NCBI GenBank assembly: GCA_942493105.1 | Contig: OW818668.1 | Location: forward strand, 1,230,001 to 1,262,000 | DNA from: an uncultured Erysipelotrichaceae bacterium | GTDB taxonomy: Bacteria > Bacillota_I > Bacilli_A > Erysipelotrichales > Erysipelotrichaceae | Length of the DNA: 32,000 nt | Direction of reading: 5' to 3' | Shown here: positions 16,577 to 25,780 of the stretch, one piece after another | Layout: each line of letters starts with the position of its first letter | Numbering within the stretch: position 1 is the first letter of the stretch | Notes under the pieces: model-generated | What the model was told of the DNA's origin: nothing | What the model saw: the letters and a program-made list of their open reading frames with translations, nothing else | Databases searched by the model: none | Position numbers and translations under genes: made by a program

Positions 16577-17410
16577 ATGAAAATAGCCCTATTGTATGAT
16601 TTTGATAAGACCCTATCCGATAGAGATATGCAGGAATACGGGTTTATTGAAGACTTAGGATTTAAGGATCCGGCTGAGTTTTGGGATCAAGTCGATCTTA
16701 GAGCCAAATCCAACAGTATGGATCATATTTTGGCTTATCTCTATGAGATGATCCATCAATCCAAACTCAAAGATAAAGCCGTCACTAAAGAAGGTTTAGC
16801 TCAGTATGCGAAGCGAGTAGAACTTTATCCAGGTGTCAAAGCTTGGTTTGAATTGATCAATCACTATGGGGAAACCTGTGGGTATGAAGTGGAACACTAC
16901 ATTGTTTCATCAGGTCTTAAAGAGATCATAGAGGCTACACCCATCGCATCCTACTTCAAGAAAATCTATGCCTGTGAATTCTATTATGATGAACAAGGTC
17001 AAGCTGTATGGCCAAAATTGGTCGTCAATTATACGATGAAGACACAGTTCATCTATCGCATCAACAAAGGTGTCTTAGACATCAACAACGATGAAGATCT
17101 GAATAAACATCAAGCCGATGAAGATAAACCGATCCCATTTACCCACATGATCTATATCGGAGATGGATTGACGGATGTTCCTTCGATGAAGCTGATCAAA
17201 AACAGCGGAGGTCATTCGATCGCAGTTTATCCATCCAATAAAGAACCCAAAGAGGTCACCATCGATTTACTGGGCTATGGCAGAGTGGATTTTGTGGCCC
17301 CGGCCGACTACAATCAAGGTTCTCGTTTACATCACATCATTTTGACCATCATTAATAAAATATATGGTAACGATTGCTTAAATCGCTTACCAAGAAACGG
17401 ACACCAATGA
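16577..17410 (+). CDS. HAD-superfamily hydrolase (phosphatase-type motifs intact)
   Basis: Motif I LYDFDKTLS, motif II IVSSG, motif IV YIGDGLTDVPSM. Confidence 0.75.
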   Translation: MKIALLYDFDKTLSDRDMQEYGFIEDLGFKDPAEFWDQVDLRAKSNSMDHILAYLYEMIHQSKLKDKAVTKEGLAQYAKRVELYPGVKAWFELINHYGETCGYEVEHYIVSSGLKEIIEATPIASYFKKIYACEFYYDEQGQAVWPKLVVNYTMKTQFIYRINKGVLDINNDEDLNKHQADEDKPIPFTHMIYIGDGLTDVPSMKLIKNSGGHSIAVYPSNKEPKEVTIDLLGYGRVDFVAPADYNQGSRLHHIILTIINKIYGNDCLNRLPRNGHQ

Positions 17411-18141
17411 GCCTATCTTCCAATTCAGAACGTTTTTTAACCGCTTTTACGACCATAGAAAGCGACATGAACCGCCGTATCAAATCTGATCGATATATTT
17501 CCTATTCAGAATTGGTCAGACGAGTATCAACGATTGATAAAGCCTACAATAAATATCGCCGATATCTAGAAGAGTTTGGTGATCTTAGAAATGCGATCGT
17601 ACATGAGCGGATCGATGGGGAAGTCATTGCGGAACCTCATTTAAAAATCGTGGTAGAAATCGAACAGATCGCCAGTATCTTGACTCAGCCTGAACGAGTC
17701 AAAGATTATTTTCTCAAAAAAGTTCAAACGGTTACGGAAGACACTTCATTGACGGATGCACTGAAAGTATTGGAAAGCTCTAAGTATTCTAAGATCCCTG
17801 TCTATGATCAACAAAATCACTTCAAAGGCTTACTGACCACGGATGCGATAACCCACTTTTTGATCAAAAATATTTCTGCAGCCAACTGTGCTTTTCCTCA
17901 AGTTCCAATACGTGAAATCCTTGCCTTAGACATCAAAGAGCGTAATGTCTCTTTCATTTCGGTCAATACGACTTTGGTCGGTGTCATCAATGAGTTTGAA
18001 CATCATCTCGCTTTAGGCAGACGTCTTCAAGAAATCATCATTACCCAAGACGGAGCCCTTAATCAAAAACCTTTAGGCATCATCACCATTACAGATTTGC
18101 CTTTGATTTATGAAAAGATCAATCGTAATTTGATCAGTTAA
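17407..18141 (+). CDS. CBS-pair protein with N-terminal alpha-helical HEPN-like domain (RNAIVH)
   Basis: ATG 17407 overlaps the HAD stop (ATGA). The Rx4H motif is at nt 17587-17604. The C-terminal half has two CBS-like repeats (IPVYDQQNHFKGLLTTDAI, LGIITITDL). Confidence 0.7.
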   Translation: MSLSSNSERFLTAFTTIESDMNRRIKSDRYISYSELVRRVSTIDKAYNKYRRYLEEFGDLRNAIVHERIDGEVIAEPHLKIVVEIEQIASILTQPERVKDYFLKKVQTVTEDTSLTDALKVLESSKYSKIPVYDQQNHFKGLLTTDAITHFLIKNISAANCAFPQVPIREILALDIKERNVSFISVNTTLVGVINEFEHHLALGRRLQEIIITQDGALNQKPLGIITITDLPLIYEKINRNLIS

Positions 18142-18163
18142 TGATTTGTTTTCAGTTAAATTC

Positions 18164-18172
18164 TGTTAGAAT
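18164..18172 (+). promoter_or_regulatory. extended -10 (TGtTAGAAT) for the small membrane protein gene
   Basis: TGTTAGAAT lies 24 nt before the ATG, with SD GAGG in the leader. Confidence 0.5.
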
Positions 18173-18196
18173 AGACACATTCAAGCGAGGTTAAAG

Positions 18197-18412
18197 ATGC
18201 TTAAGAACTCACGGTTTATGCGACGTATGATGGTGATATTGATGGGTTTGATTTTGATGGTCGCATCCATCATTCAGATCATTGATAAAACTGGACCTTT
18301 GTGGTTGAATTTGATCTTTGCCGGATTGGGTCTTTTTGAGGTCATCCTGGCTTTGTTTATGATGCGTCTGGAAAAGAAGAATGCTGAAGATTTAAACCAA
18401 AAAGCACCGTGA
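18197..18412 (+). CDS. small two-TM membrane protein, function unknown
   Basis: Two hydrophobic helices, an SD, its own promoter and its own terminator. Confidence 0.55.
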   Translation: MLKNSRFMRRMMVILMGLILMVASIIQIIDKTGPLWLNLIFAGLGLFEVILALFMMRLEKKNAEDLNQKAP

Positions 18413-18422
18413 GGTGCTTTTG
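18399..18422. terminator. bidirectional terminator (small membrane protein / gcvPB)
   Basis: AAAAGCACC-gtga-GGTGCTTTT. Confidence 0.7.
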
Positions 18423-18424
18423 TG

Positions 18425-19846
18425 TTATAGTTCTGCTTTTAAGATCGGGTGACGAGCTGCTAAGACATCATCGACCCGTTTGATCGGAGTCGTATATGGG
18501 GCATTGTGCAGATAGTCTGGATCCGTATAGGCTTTCTCTTTAAGTTCAATCAAGATCCTGATGAATTCATCCATGGTTTCTTTAGATTCAGTTTCTGTAG
18601 GTTCAATCATCAGTGCTTCATGAACGATCAGTGGGAAATACATGGTTGGGGGATGAACCTTATAATCCAGTAATCCTTTACACATGTCTTTCGCATTGAT
18701 GCCCGTTTCATCCTTGAGTTGTTGCAGACTCAAGACAAATTCATGCATACAAGGCACAGGATAGGCCACGGTAAAGTGATCTTTTAGTTTTGCCATCATA
18801 TAATTGGCATTGAGTGCAGCGTGATAAGAGGCTTCTTTTAGCCCATTGGAACCTAGCGATAAGATGTAAGTATAAGCTCTGACATTGACTAAGAAGTTGC
18901 CATAGAAGGAACGTAGTCTACCAATCGATTTTTCATTGGCGATAAACTTTTCATTAATAACGGTTCCATCTGGTAAATAAGGCAAGAGATGTTTTTTGAC
19001 CCCAACTGGTCCTGAGCCTGGTCCACCGCCTCCATGAGGGGTAGAAAAGGTTTTGTGTAAGTTAAGATGAACCACATCGAAACCCATATCTCCAGGTCTG
19101 ACTTCACCCATGATGGCGTTTAAATTAGCCCCGTCATAGTAAACAAGACCACCGGCTTCGTGAACTAAACGGGCAATCTCTTCAATGTTGGGATCAAAGA
19201 GACCTAAAGTATTAGGATTGGTCAGCATCAAAGCTGCGACTTCATCGCTTAAGACCGATTTTAAAGCGTCAACGTCGACTCCGCCTTGAGCATTGGAAGG
19301 CACATTGATGATGGAGTACCCCGCCATATTGGCAGATGCAGGATTGGTTCCGTGGGCTGAATCAGGAACGATGACTTTAGAACGTTTCACATCTTTGCGA
19401 TCTTGATGATAAGCATGGATCAATAAAAGTCCGGTAAATTCACCATGAGCTCCAGCTGAAGGCTGTAAGGTAAAGCCATCCATACCAGTTACTTCACATA
19501 GCTGTTGACTTAATTCACTCATCAAACGCAAAGCACCTTTAACTGAAGATGCGGATTGAAGCGGATGAAGTTCAGTAAATCCCGCTAAAGATGCGGTCTG
19601 TTCATTGAGCTTAGGATTATACTTCATCGTACATGAACCTAAAGGATAAAAACCATTGTCGACCCCAAAAGCATTTCTTGAGAGATCCATATAATGTCTG
19701 ACCACGTCAACTTCACCGACTTGGGCAAGCCGCGGAGCCGCTGCTCTAACGATGTTTTCATCCAAACGTACTTCTGGGCAATCAAATTCAGGCAAAGTAA
19801 TGCCGCGTCTGTTTTTAACGCTGCGTTCAAAAATCAGGGCACTCAT
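18425..19846 (-). CDS. gcvPB: glycine dehydrogenase (aminomethyl-transferring) subunit 2
   Basis: Full-length match to the GcvPB pattern (NLHKTFSTPHGGGGPG carries the PLP lysine). Confidence 0.95.
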   Translation of the reverse strand: MSALIFERSVKNRRGITLPEFDCPEVRLDENIVRAAAPRLAQVGEVDVVRHYMDLSRNAFGVDNGFYPLGSCTMKYNPKLNEQTASLAGFTELHPLQSASSVKGALRLMSELSQQLCEVTGMDGFTLQPSAGAHGEFTGLLLIHAYHQDRKDVKRSKVIVPDSAHGTNPASANMAGYSIINVPSNAQGGVDVDALKSVLSDEVAALMLTNPNTLGLFDPNIEEIARLVHEAGGLVYYDGANLNAIMGEVRPGDMGFDVVHLNLHKTFSTPHGGGGPGSGPVGVKKHLLPYLPDGTVINEKFIANEKSIGRLRSFYGNFLVNVRAYTYILSLGSNGLKEASYHAALNANYMMAKLKDHFTVAYPVPCMHEFVLSLQQLKDETGINAKDMCKGLLDYKVHPPTMYFPLIVHEALMIEPTETESKETMDEFIRILIELKEKAYTDPDYLHNAPYTTPIKRVDDVLAARHPILKAEL

Positions 19847-21156
19847 AGACAGGCCTCCTTCAAGATCTTGACGACCTCATCGAGTTGAGCTTTAGAAGTG
19901 GTCTCGGTGACACACCATAAAATTTCATTTTGATTGATCACTAAACCACTTAAGATATCATGTTGATCCAAACAAGCTTCGATTTTGTCTGCTACTATTG
20001 GAGTTCGTGTTACGAATTCATGAAAGAAAGGCGTGGAGTATTTTAAACTAAATCCAATCTTTTCAAGTTCTTTTTGGAAGTAATGGGCTTTTCTTAAACT
20101 ATGTTCAGCAACTTCATTTAGACCTTGAGGTCCCATCGCAGCCACATAAACACTGGCCGTCAAAGCACACAAAGCTTGATTGGAACACAAAGAACTGGTC
20201 GCTTTTTCACGACGGATGTGTTGTTCACGCGCCTGTAAAGTAAGAACGAAAGAACGTTTCCCATCAGTATCTAAAGTTTGACCTACGATTCGACCAGGCA
20301 ATCTGCGGATCAATTCGTTGGTTGCGGCCATATAGCCTAAGTAAGGTCCACCAAAAGCCAGAGATAAACCTAAAGGCTGAGCCTCACCAACTGCGATATC
20401 AGCGCCTAAAGCACGCGGGCTTTTCAGATAAGCTAAAGTCAAAGGATGGGCATAAACGATAAGTTTTGCCCCAGAGGAATGAACCAATTGAGCCATGCTT
20501 TCAACGTTTTCTAGGCATCCTAAATAGTTGGGTTGTTGGATCAGTAAGGCCGCGGTATTTTGATTAAGAGCATGTTTTAAAGTAGCTTCTGATAGGATAC
20601 CATTTTCGGTTTTCAGAACTTCAATGATCGTATCATGACAGGAAGTATAAGTTTTGATCGTTTCGATCACATGCGGATGTGTACTGTCCGCAATCAAAAT
20701 CGTTTTGCGGGTTCTTTCTAAAACCATGGCGATCGATTCAGCGGCAGCGGTTGCGCCATCATAGACAGACGCATTTGCGCCATCCATGCCTGTCAATTCA
20801 CAGATATCGGTTTGATATTCAAAGATGGACTGTAAGATGCCTTGCGAGAACTCGGCTTGATAAGGCGTATAGGCACTGACGAATTCTTCGCGATTGGACA
20901 ATTGTTTAACGACCGCAGGGATGAAATGCTGTTCAGCTCCAGCGCCTCTTAAGATCGTTGAATAGACCTTGTTTTGTGATGCTAAAGCAGAAAGCTTCTT
21001 CAAGACTTCCATTTCACTTTGTCCTAGAGGCAAGTTGATTGGACGCTTTAATCGAAGCTTGTTGGGGATCATGTCAAACAGCTGATCGTGTTGGATACCG
21101 ATCGCATCCAACATTTCTTGGGTTTGAGCTTTGGTATTTAAAAGATAAGAGGCCAT
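19843..21156 (-). CDS. gcvPA: glycine dehydrogenase (aminomethyl-transferring) subunit 1
   Basis: GcvPA family sequence. 4-nt overlap with gcvPB. Confidence 0.95.
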   Translation of the reverse strand: MASYLLNTKAQTQEMLDAIGIQHDQLFDMIPNKLRLKRPINLPLGQSEMEVLKKLSALASQNKVYSTILRGAGAEQHFIPAVVKQLSNREEFVSAYTPYQAEFSQGILQSIFEYQTDICELTGMDGANASVYDGATAAAESIAMVLERTRKTILIADSTHPHVIETIKTYTSCHDTIIEVLKTENGILSEATLKHALNQNTAALLIQQPNYLGCLENVESMAQLVHSSGAKLIVYAHPLTLAYLKSPRALGADIAVGEAQPLGLSLAFGGPYLGYMAATNELIRRLPGRIVGQTLDTDGKRSFVLTLQAREQHIRREKATSSLCSNQALCALTASVYVAAMGPQGLNEVAEHSLRKAHYFQKELEKIGFSLKYSTPFFHEFVTRTPIVADKIEACLDQHDILSGLVINQNEILWCVTETTSKAQLDEVVKILKEACL

Positions 21157-21157
21157 A

Positions 21158-21523
21158 TTAATGATCCTTGTCTAAGGCTAAATAAGTGGCTTCATCCAAC
21201 AGTAAGCTTTCATCGACGGTGCCTTCAACTTGAATGATCCACGTATTCAGCGGATCAGAATTCAAAAGTTCAGGGGCATTCAATAAGGCATCATTGACCG
21301 CAATGACTTTGCCACTGACCGGTGAGATCAAATCAGATACAGCCTTGACAGATTCTACGTCCCCAAAGCTTTCACCTTGTGTGACTGGATCTCCAATTGA
21401 AGGCAGATTGACGAAAACGATGTCACCTAATGCGATTTGAGCATAATCTGAAATCCCAACCAAAACATCTTTGCCTTCTTCTAATCCTGCCCATTCATGG
21501 GTGTGTGCATACAATCTTTTCAT
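21158..21523 (-). CDS. gcvH: glycine cleavage system H protein
   Basis: Lipoyl-lysine motif VESVKAVSD. Confidence 0.95.
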   Translation of the reverse strand: MKRLYAHTHEWAGLEEGKDVLVGISDYAQIALGDIVFVNLPSIGDPVTQGESFGDVESVKAVSDLISPVSGKVIAVNDALLNAPELLNSDPLNTWIIQVEGTVDESLLLDEATYLALDKDH

Positions 21524-21537
21524 GTGTTTCTCCTTGT

Positions 21538-22605
21538 TTATTTTTTATAGAAAGGCATCTTTGTTCGTTGTGCCTTTAATAACCTTCCTCTGACATCGAT
21601 CACAAATTCTGTTTCATTAAACAAATCGGCTCTGATATATCCCATCGCAATCGCTTGACCTAAAGTCGGAGACATGGTTCCTGAACTGACTTCACCAACC
21701 ACTTCACCATTAAACAAGATCGGACAATGTTCACGTGCAATCCCACGATCGATCAAAGTCAATCCAATCCTGCGTTTTAAGACAGGATTACTTAAAGCTT
21801 CTTGGGCGATGAATTCCTTCTTATCAAGTTTGGTAAACATCTTAAGACCGGCTTCTAATGGCGTGGTCTCATCATTGAGCTCATGGCCATATAAAGGCAT
21901 GGAAGCTTCTAAACGCAGTGTATCGCGTGCTCCTAGACCGCAAGGAACCAGTCCATCTTCTTCACCTACTTTAAGCAAAAGATTCCAAAGTCTAACGGTA
22001 TCAGATGCCTTACAGTAGATCTCAAAACCATCTTCTCCAGTATAACCAGTCCTACTGATCAAAGTGATCATTTCATTTAAGGCAACTTCTGGTAAGAAAG
22101 AATAATATGCTTCAGGAATCTTGTCGGTCAATTTCCTTAAGATCTTTTCAGAAAGAGGACCCTGCAGAGCAATTTGTCCCCATTCATCGCTTTCATTATG
22201 AATCGTAGCACCACCAAACAAATGATTCGTGAAGTATTCAAAATCTTTGTCTGTATTGGAGGCATTCACGACGATCCAATAATCTTCTTCATCTAATCGA
22301 TACACCAATAAATCATCCACGGCCGTTCCGTCTTTTCGAACCAATACCCCATAGCGTATCTTTCCAATGGCCAAATCAGTAAAATCATTAGACACCAAGG
22401 CATTCAGATTACGTAAGGCATCTTTGCCTGTCAGAAACAATTCACCCATATGTGAGACATCAAAGAGTCCAGCTTTTTCGCGGACACTGCGATGTTCAAA
22501 CAGGATGCCCTGTGGATACTGGACTGGCATCAGATAGCCTGCAAAGGGCACCATTGTTGCCTTTAAGTCCACATGCGTTTCATACAAAGGCGTTTTCTTT
22601 TCCAT
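21538..22605 (-). CDS. gcvT: aminomethyltransferase (glycine cleavage T protein)
   Basis: GcvT family sequence (FDVSHMGE, RDTLRLEA). SD AAAGGAG. Confidence 0.95.
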   Translation of the reverse strand: MEKKTPLYETHVDLKATMVPFAGYLMPVQYPQGILFEHRSVREKAGLFDVSHMGELFLTGKDALRNLNALVSNDFTDLAIGKIRYGVLVRKDGTAVDDLLVYRLDEEDYWIVVNASNTDKDFEYFTNHLFGGATIHNESDEWGQIALQGPLSEKILRKLTDKIPEAYYSFLPEVALNEMITLISRTGYTGEDGFEIYCKASDTVRLWNLLLKVGEEDGLVPCGLGARDTLRLEASMPLYGHELNDETTPLEAGLKMFTKLDKKEFIAQEALSNPVLKRRIGLTLIDRGIAREHCPILFNGEVVGEVSSGTMSPTLGQAIAMGYIRADLFNETEFVIDVRGRLLKAQRTKMPFYKK

Positions 22606-22619
22606 TTTTGTTCTCCTTT

Positions 22620-22655
22620 AAATGAAGAAAGGCGCTTGAAAAATCAAGCGCCTTC
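22620..22655 (-). terminator. riboswitch-controlled intrinsic terminator upstream of gcvT
   Basis: The minus strand reads GAAGGCGCTTGA-tttt-TCAAGCGCCTTT followed by CTTCATTT. Confidence 0.7.
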
Positions 22656-22805
22656 GTCTGTTTACCTGAAAGATTCTCCATAAGCGGGATTGCTTCTTCG
22701 GTGTGTTGTCTCTCTTTTCGAAGGTTTGTCCAAAACCGGTCCTTTTGCCTGAGCGTTTATGCGCACTTCGCCTTCGGCGTCCACAATGGATCTCTCCCGG
22801 TCTCT
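22651..22805 (-). promoter_or_regulatory. tandem glycine riboswitch (two aptamers)
   Basis: Minus-strand aptamer 1: ACCGGGAGAG...CGCCGAAGGCGAA...CTCAGGCAAAAGGACCGGT. Aptamer 2: CCTTCG..AGAGAC..CACCGAAGAAGCAA...TTCAGGTAAACAGACGAAGG. Confidence 0.85.
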
Positions 22806-22977
22806 TCAATCAAACATCTAAGTATAGTATATGACATTATCGATAAAAATGGACAAACAAAGCAATGTAAAGAGAATGAAAATATGGATGAGCATTGTTT
22901 CAATAATGTTGACTTGTGAAATAAACCCATCATTTAATTAACACCAAAATTTCGCACACGATACGTGTAATCTAGAG

Positions 22978-22983
22978 TATAAT
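22978..22983 (+). promoter_or_regulatory. -10 box TATAAT upstream of the GGDEF/HD-GYP gene
   Basis: TATAAT lies 39 nt before the ATG. SD AGGGGAG. The -35 is poor. Confidence 0.35.
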
Positions 22984-23022
22984 AATACGCGACTTGTGAT
23001 TGAAAAATCCAGGGGAGCGTAA

Positions 23023-25752
23023 ATGCCAAAAATCATTTTAGATCAACTTCAAAAAATGCACCGACTGTCCGAGATTTCTGAACAGTTTTTACAACTAAAT
23101 CCAGATGATGAGATCGATTATCAATGGGTGACCGATAATCTACTTGAACTTTCAGAAGCCAAATATGCAGGATTTAATCTTTATGATTCAAAAGGTGAAC
23201 ACTTTAGTACCAAAGCCATGAGTGGTGATTTAAAAGCCATTGCGAAGACTTTCCAACTGATTGGTTTTGATGTGACTCAGAAAAAGTGGCCTCATGATCC
23301 CATCAGAGCAGCTAAGATTGCCTTGAATACCACAACTTATTTTAAATCGATTACGGAATATGCAGGACCAGTCTTACCAAAATTGATGTGTGATACCATT
23401 CAGGATCTATTCAAAATCTCGGAAATCATTGTGGTCAAAATCATGGTCAATCAGATCATGATTGGGGATTTCTTCCTGTTTATTGAAAAAGGGGATGAAT
23501 ATCTGAGTGAATCGATCGTTGAGATTTATTCGCGTCAAGTTGGGATGGTCGTCAGCCGTCAACAAACACAACAATCCTTAAGAGAAAGTGAAATCAATTT
23601 CAGAGCTCTTTTTGAGAAAGGTCCGATTGGGATCGCTTATCATAAAATGATCTATGATGATCAAGGCGAAGCCATTGATTATCGTTTTTTAGAAGTCAAC
23701 AACAGCTATATAGAACTGACAGGGATCGATGCGTCAGGGCTTTTGGTCACAGAAGCCTTTAAAGGCATCGAAAACGATCCCTTTGATTGGATCGGTACTT
23801 TTGGGAAAGTTGCCAAAGAAGGAACTCAGATCCGCTTTCAACAATACCTTCAAGCCAACAATCGTTGGTATGATGTGGTAGCTTATCAATATCGACCTGA
23901 TCATTTCGTTGCCGCATTTTTTGAGATCACTGAAATGAAAGAGATTGAAAAATCACTGGCGATCAGTGAAGCGACTCATAAAGAAATCATATCCAGTATT
24001 TCTGATGCGATCTTGATCATGGATCATGATCGTTTTGTCAAATATCAAAGTCCCAATTCAGAGCGTATCTTTGGTTGGGCAAAAGATGATCTGATGGGTA
24101 AAAAGTATTATAACTTTATCCATCCTGAAGACATCACCATCATCCGTAAACAATTCTATGACATGATTCAATCGGGTGTCATGCAGACTACTTTTGAATG
24201 TAGAGTCAAAGATAAAACAGGAGTTTATCGTACAGTAGAAATCTATGCGGTCAATCTGATCGATAATCCATATATCAACGGGATCCTTGTGACCTTTCAT
24301 GATATCTCTGATCAGGTCATTGCCCAACAAGCACTTAAAGCAAGTGAAGAAAAATATCGACTTATTACCGATAATGTCTCTGATGTGATTTCGGTCATCA
24401 ATATGGAAACCAAAAAAGCAACGTATGTCAGTCCTTCCATCATTCATCAAAGAGGGTATACAGTTGAAGAAGTCATGAAACAACATTTAAAAGATGCACT
24501 GGCTCCAGAATCTCTAGAAATCGTTAGAGATCTCTTATCAAAAGCCCAAGATTTTAAACTCAATCCTAAAGACAATCAAGTCCACATCATTGAAGTCCAA
24601 CAGACGCATAAAGACGGACATATGATTTGGGTCGAACTATCTGCTAAATTTCAAATCAACAAGGACCAAGAAGTTGAAGCGTTGATCGTCAGCCGCAACA
24701 TCGATGAATGGAAGATCGCTGAAGTACAACGTGTTTACTTAAGCTTCCATGATCATTTGACTGGTTTATACAATCGTCGTTTCTTTGAGACTGAACTTCA
24801 TCGCTTGGATGTCTCACGAAATTATCCTTTGGCCATCATCATGGGCGACGTGAATGGTTTAAAGCTGGTCAATGATTCTTTTGGCCATGAGATGGGTGAT
24901 CAGTTGCTGATCAAAACAGCCGAGGTTTTTAATGCCCAATTGCGTGAAGACGAGATCTCAGCACGATTAGGCGGAGATGAATTTGCGATCTTGTTGCCGC
25001 AAACATCTTTGGAACTTGCCCAACGCATCACCAAACGTCTTACTGAAGCCATGGCTTCACAAAAAGTAGCCAACATTGCTTTATCCATTTCTTTTGGGAT
25101 CAGTGTTAAAGATAACCCTAATGAGCCCATATCCGAGGTTTTAAAGAAAGCCGAAGACAATATGTATCGAACCAAGCTTTATGAAAGCCGCAGTTCACGC
25201 AGTACGACGATCGATGTGATATTAAATGCCTTGTTTGAAAAGAGTCATCAGGAACAGATGCATTCTAAACGGGTCAGTTTATATTGTGAGAAATTGGCAA
25301 AAGCCTTAGGTTATACCCCAGAACGTGTCAATCAAATCAAAACAGCAGGGCTTGTTCATGATATCGGTAAGATCGGTATCGATGAGCGTATTTTAAATAA
25401 GACAGAACGTTTAGACCAAGAAGAATGGTTAGCGATCCAAAAACATCCAGAAGCCGGCTGGCGCATTCTAAACTCTGTCAATGAATTTTCTGAACTCTCA
25501 GAGTTCATCTTGACCCATCATGAACATTATGACGGATCAGGTTATCCTAGAAACTTAAAAGGGGAAGCCATCCCCATTGAAGCACGGATCATTGCGATCG
25601 CAGATGCCTATGATGCGATGACTTCTAAACGCTCTTATCGTGAAGCCTTAAGTAAAGCTGAAGCTCAAAAAGAATTGATCAAATTCAGCGGGATCCAATT
25701 TGATCCACAACTGGTCATCGTCTTCATCTCAAAAGTCATCCATACCCACTAA
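23023..25752 (+). CDS. multi-PAS signalling protein with GGDEF diguanylate cyclase and HD-GYP phosphodiesterase domains
   Basis: GGDEF at nt 24970-24984, HD at 25357-25362, HHEHYDGSGYP (GYP at 25540-25548). Three PAS-like repeats lie upstream. Confidence 0.9.
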   Translation: MPKIILDQLQKMHRLSEISEQFLQLNPDDEIDYQWVTDNLLELSEAKYAGFNLYDSKGEHFSTKAMSGDLKAIAKTFQLIGFDVTQKKWPHDPIRAAKIALNTTTYFKSITEYAGPVLPKLMCDTIQDLFKISEIIVVKIMVNQIMIGDFFLFIEKGDEYLSESIVEIYSRQVGMVVSRQQTQQSLRESEINFRALFEKGPIGIAYHKMIYDDQGEAIDYRFLEVNNSYIELTGIDASGLLVTEAFKGIENDPFDWIGTFGKVAKEGTQIRFQQYLQANNRWYDVVAYQYRPDHFVAAFFEITEMKEIEKSLAISEATHKEIISSISDAILIMDHDRFVKYQSPNSERIFGWAKDDLMGKKYYNFIHPEDITIIRKQFYDMIQSGVMQTTFECRVKDKTGVYRTVEIYAVNLIDNPYINGILVTFHDISDQVIAQQALKASEEKYRLITDNVSDVISVINMETKKATYVSPSIIHQRGYTVEEVMKQHLKDALAPESLEIVRDLLSKAQDFKLNPKDNQVHIIEVQQTHKDGHMIWVELSAKFQINKDQEVEALIVSRNIDEWKIAEVQRVYLSFHDHLTGLYNRRFFETELHRLDVSRNYPLAIIMGDVNGLKLVNDSFGHEMGDQLLIKTAEVFNAQLREDEISARLGGDEFAILLPQTSLELAQRITKRLTEAMASQKVANIALSISFGISVKDNPNEPISEVLKKAEDNMYRTKLYESRSSRSTTIDVILNALFEKSHQEQMHSKRVSLYCEKLAKALGYTPERVNQIKTAGLVHDIGKIGIDERILNKTERLDQEEWLAIQKHPEAGWRILNSVNEFSELSEFILTHHEHYDGSGYPRNLKGEAIPIEARIIAIADAYDAMTSKRSYREALSKAEAQKELIKFSGIQFDPQLVIVFISKVIHTH

Positions 25753-25780
25753 AAAATACCGATCATTCGGTATTTTTTTT
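25751..25780. terminator. bidirectional intrinsic terminator
   Basis: AAATACCGA-tcat-TCGGTATTT with an A6 flank on one side and a T8 flank on the other. Confidence 0.8.

Noticed and set aside
22618-22919. ORFs 22618-22809 (minus, Arg-rich 63 aa) and 22701-22919 (plus, 72 aa) upstream of gcvT.
   Set aside because: The region is explained by the tandem glycine riboswitch and its terminator and promoter. The Arg-rich translation is what a GC-rich structured RNA gives when translated.
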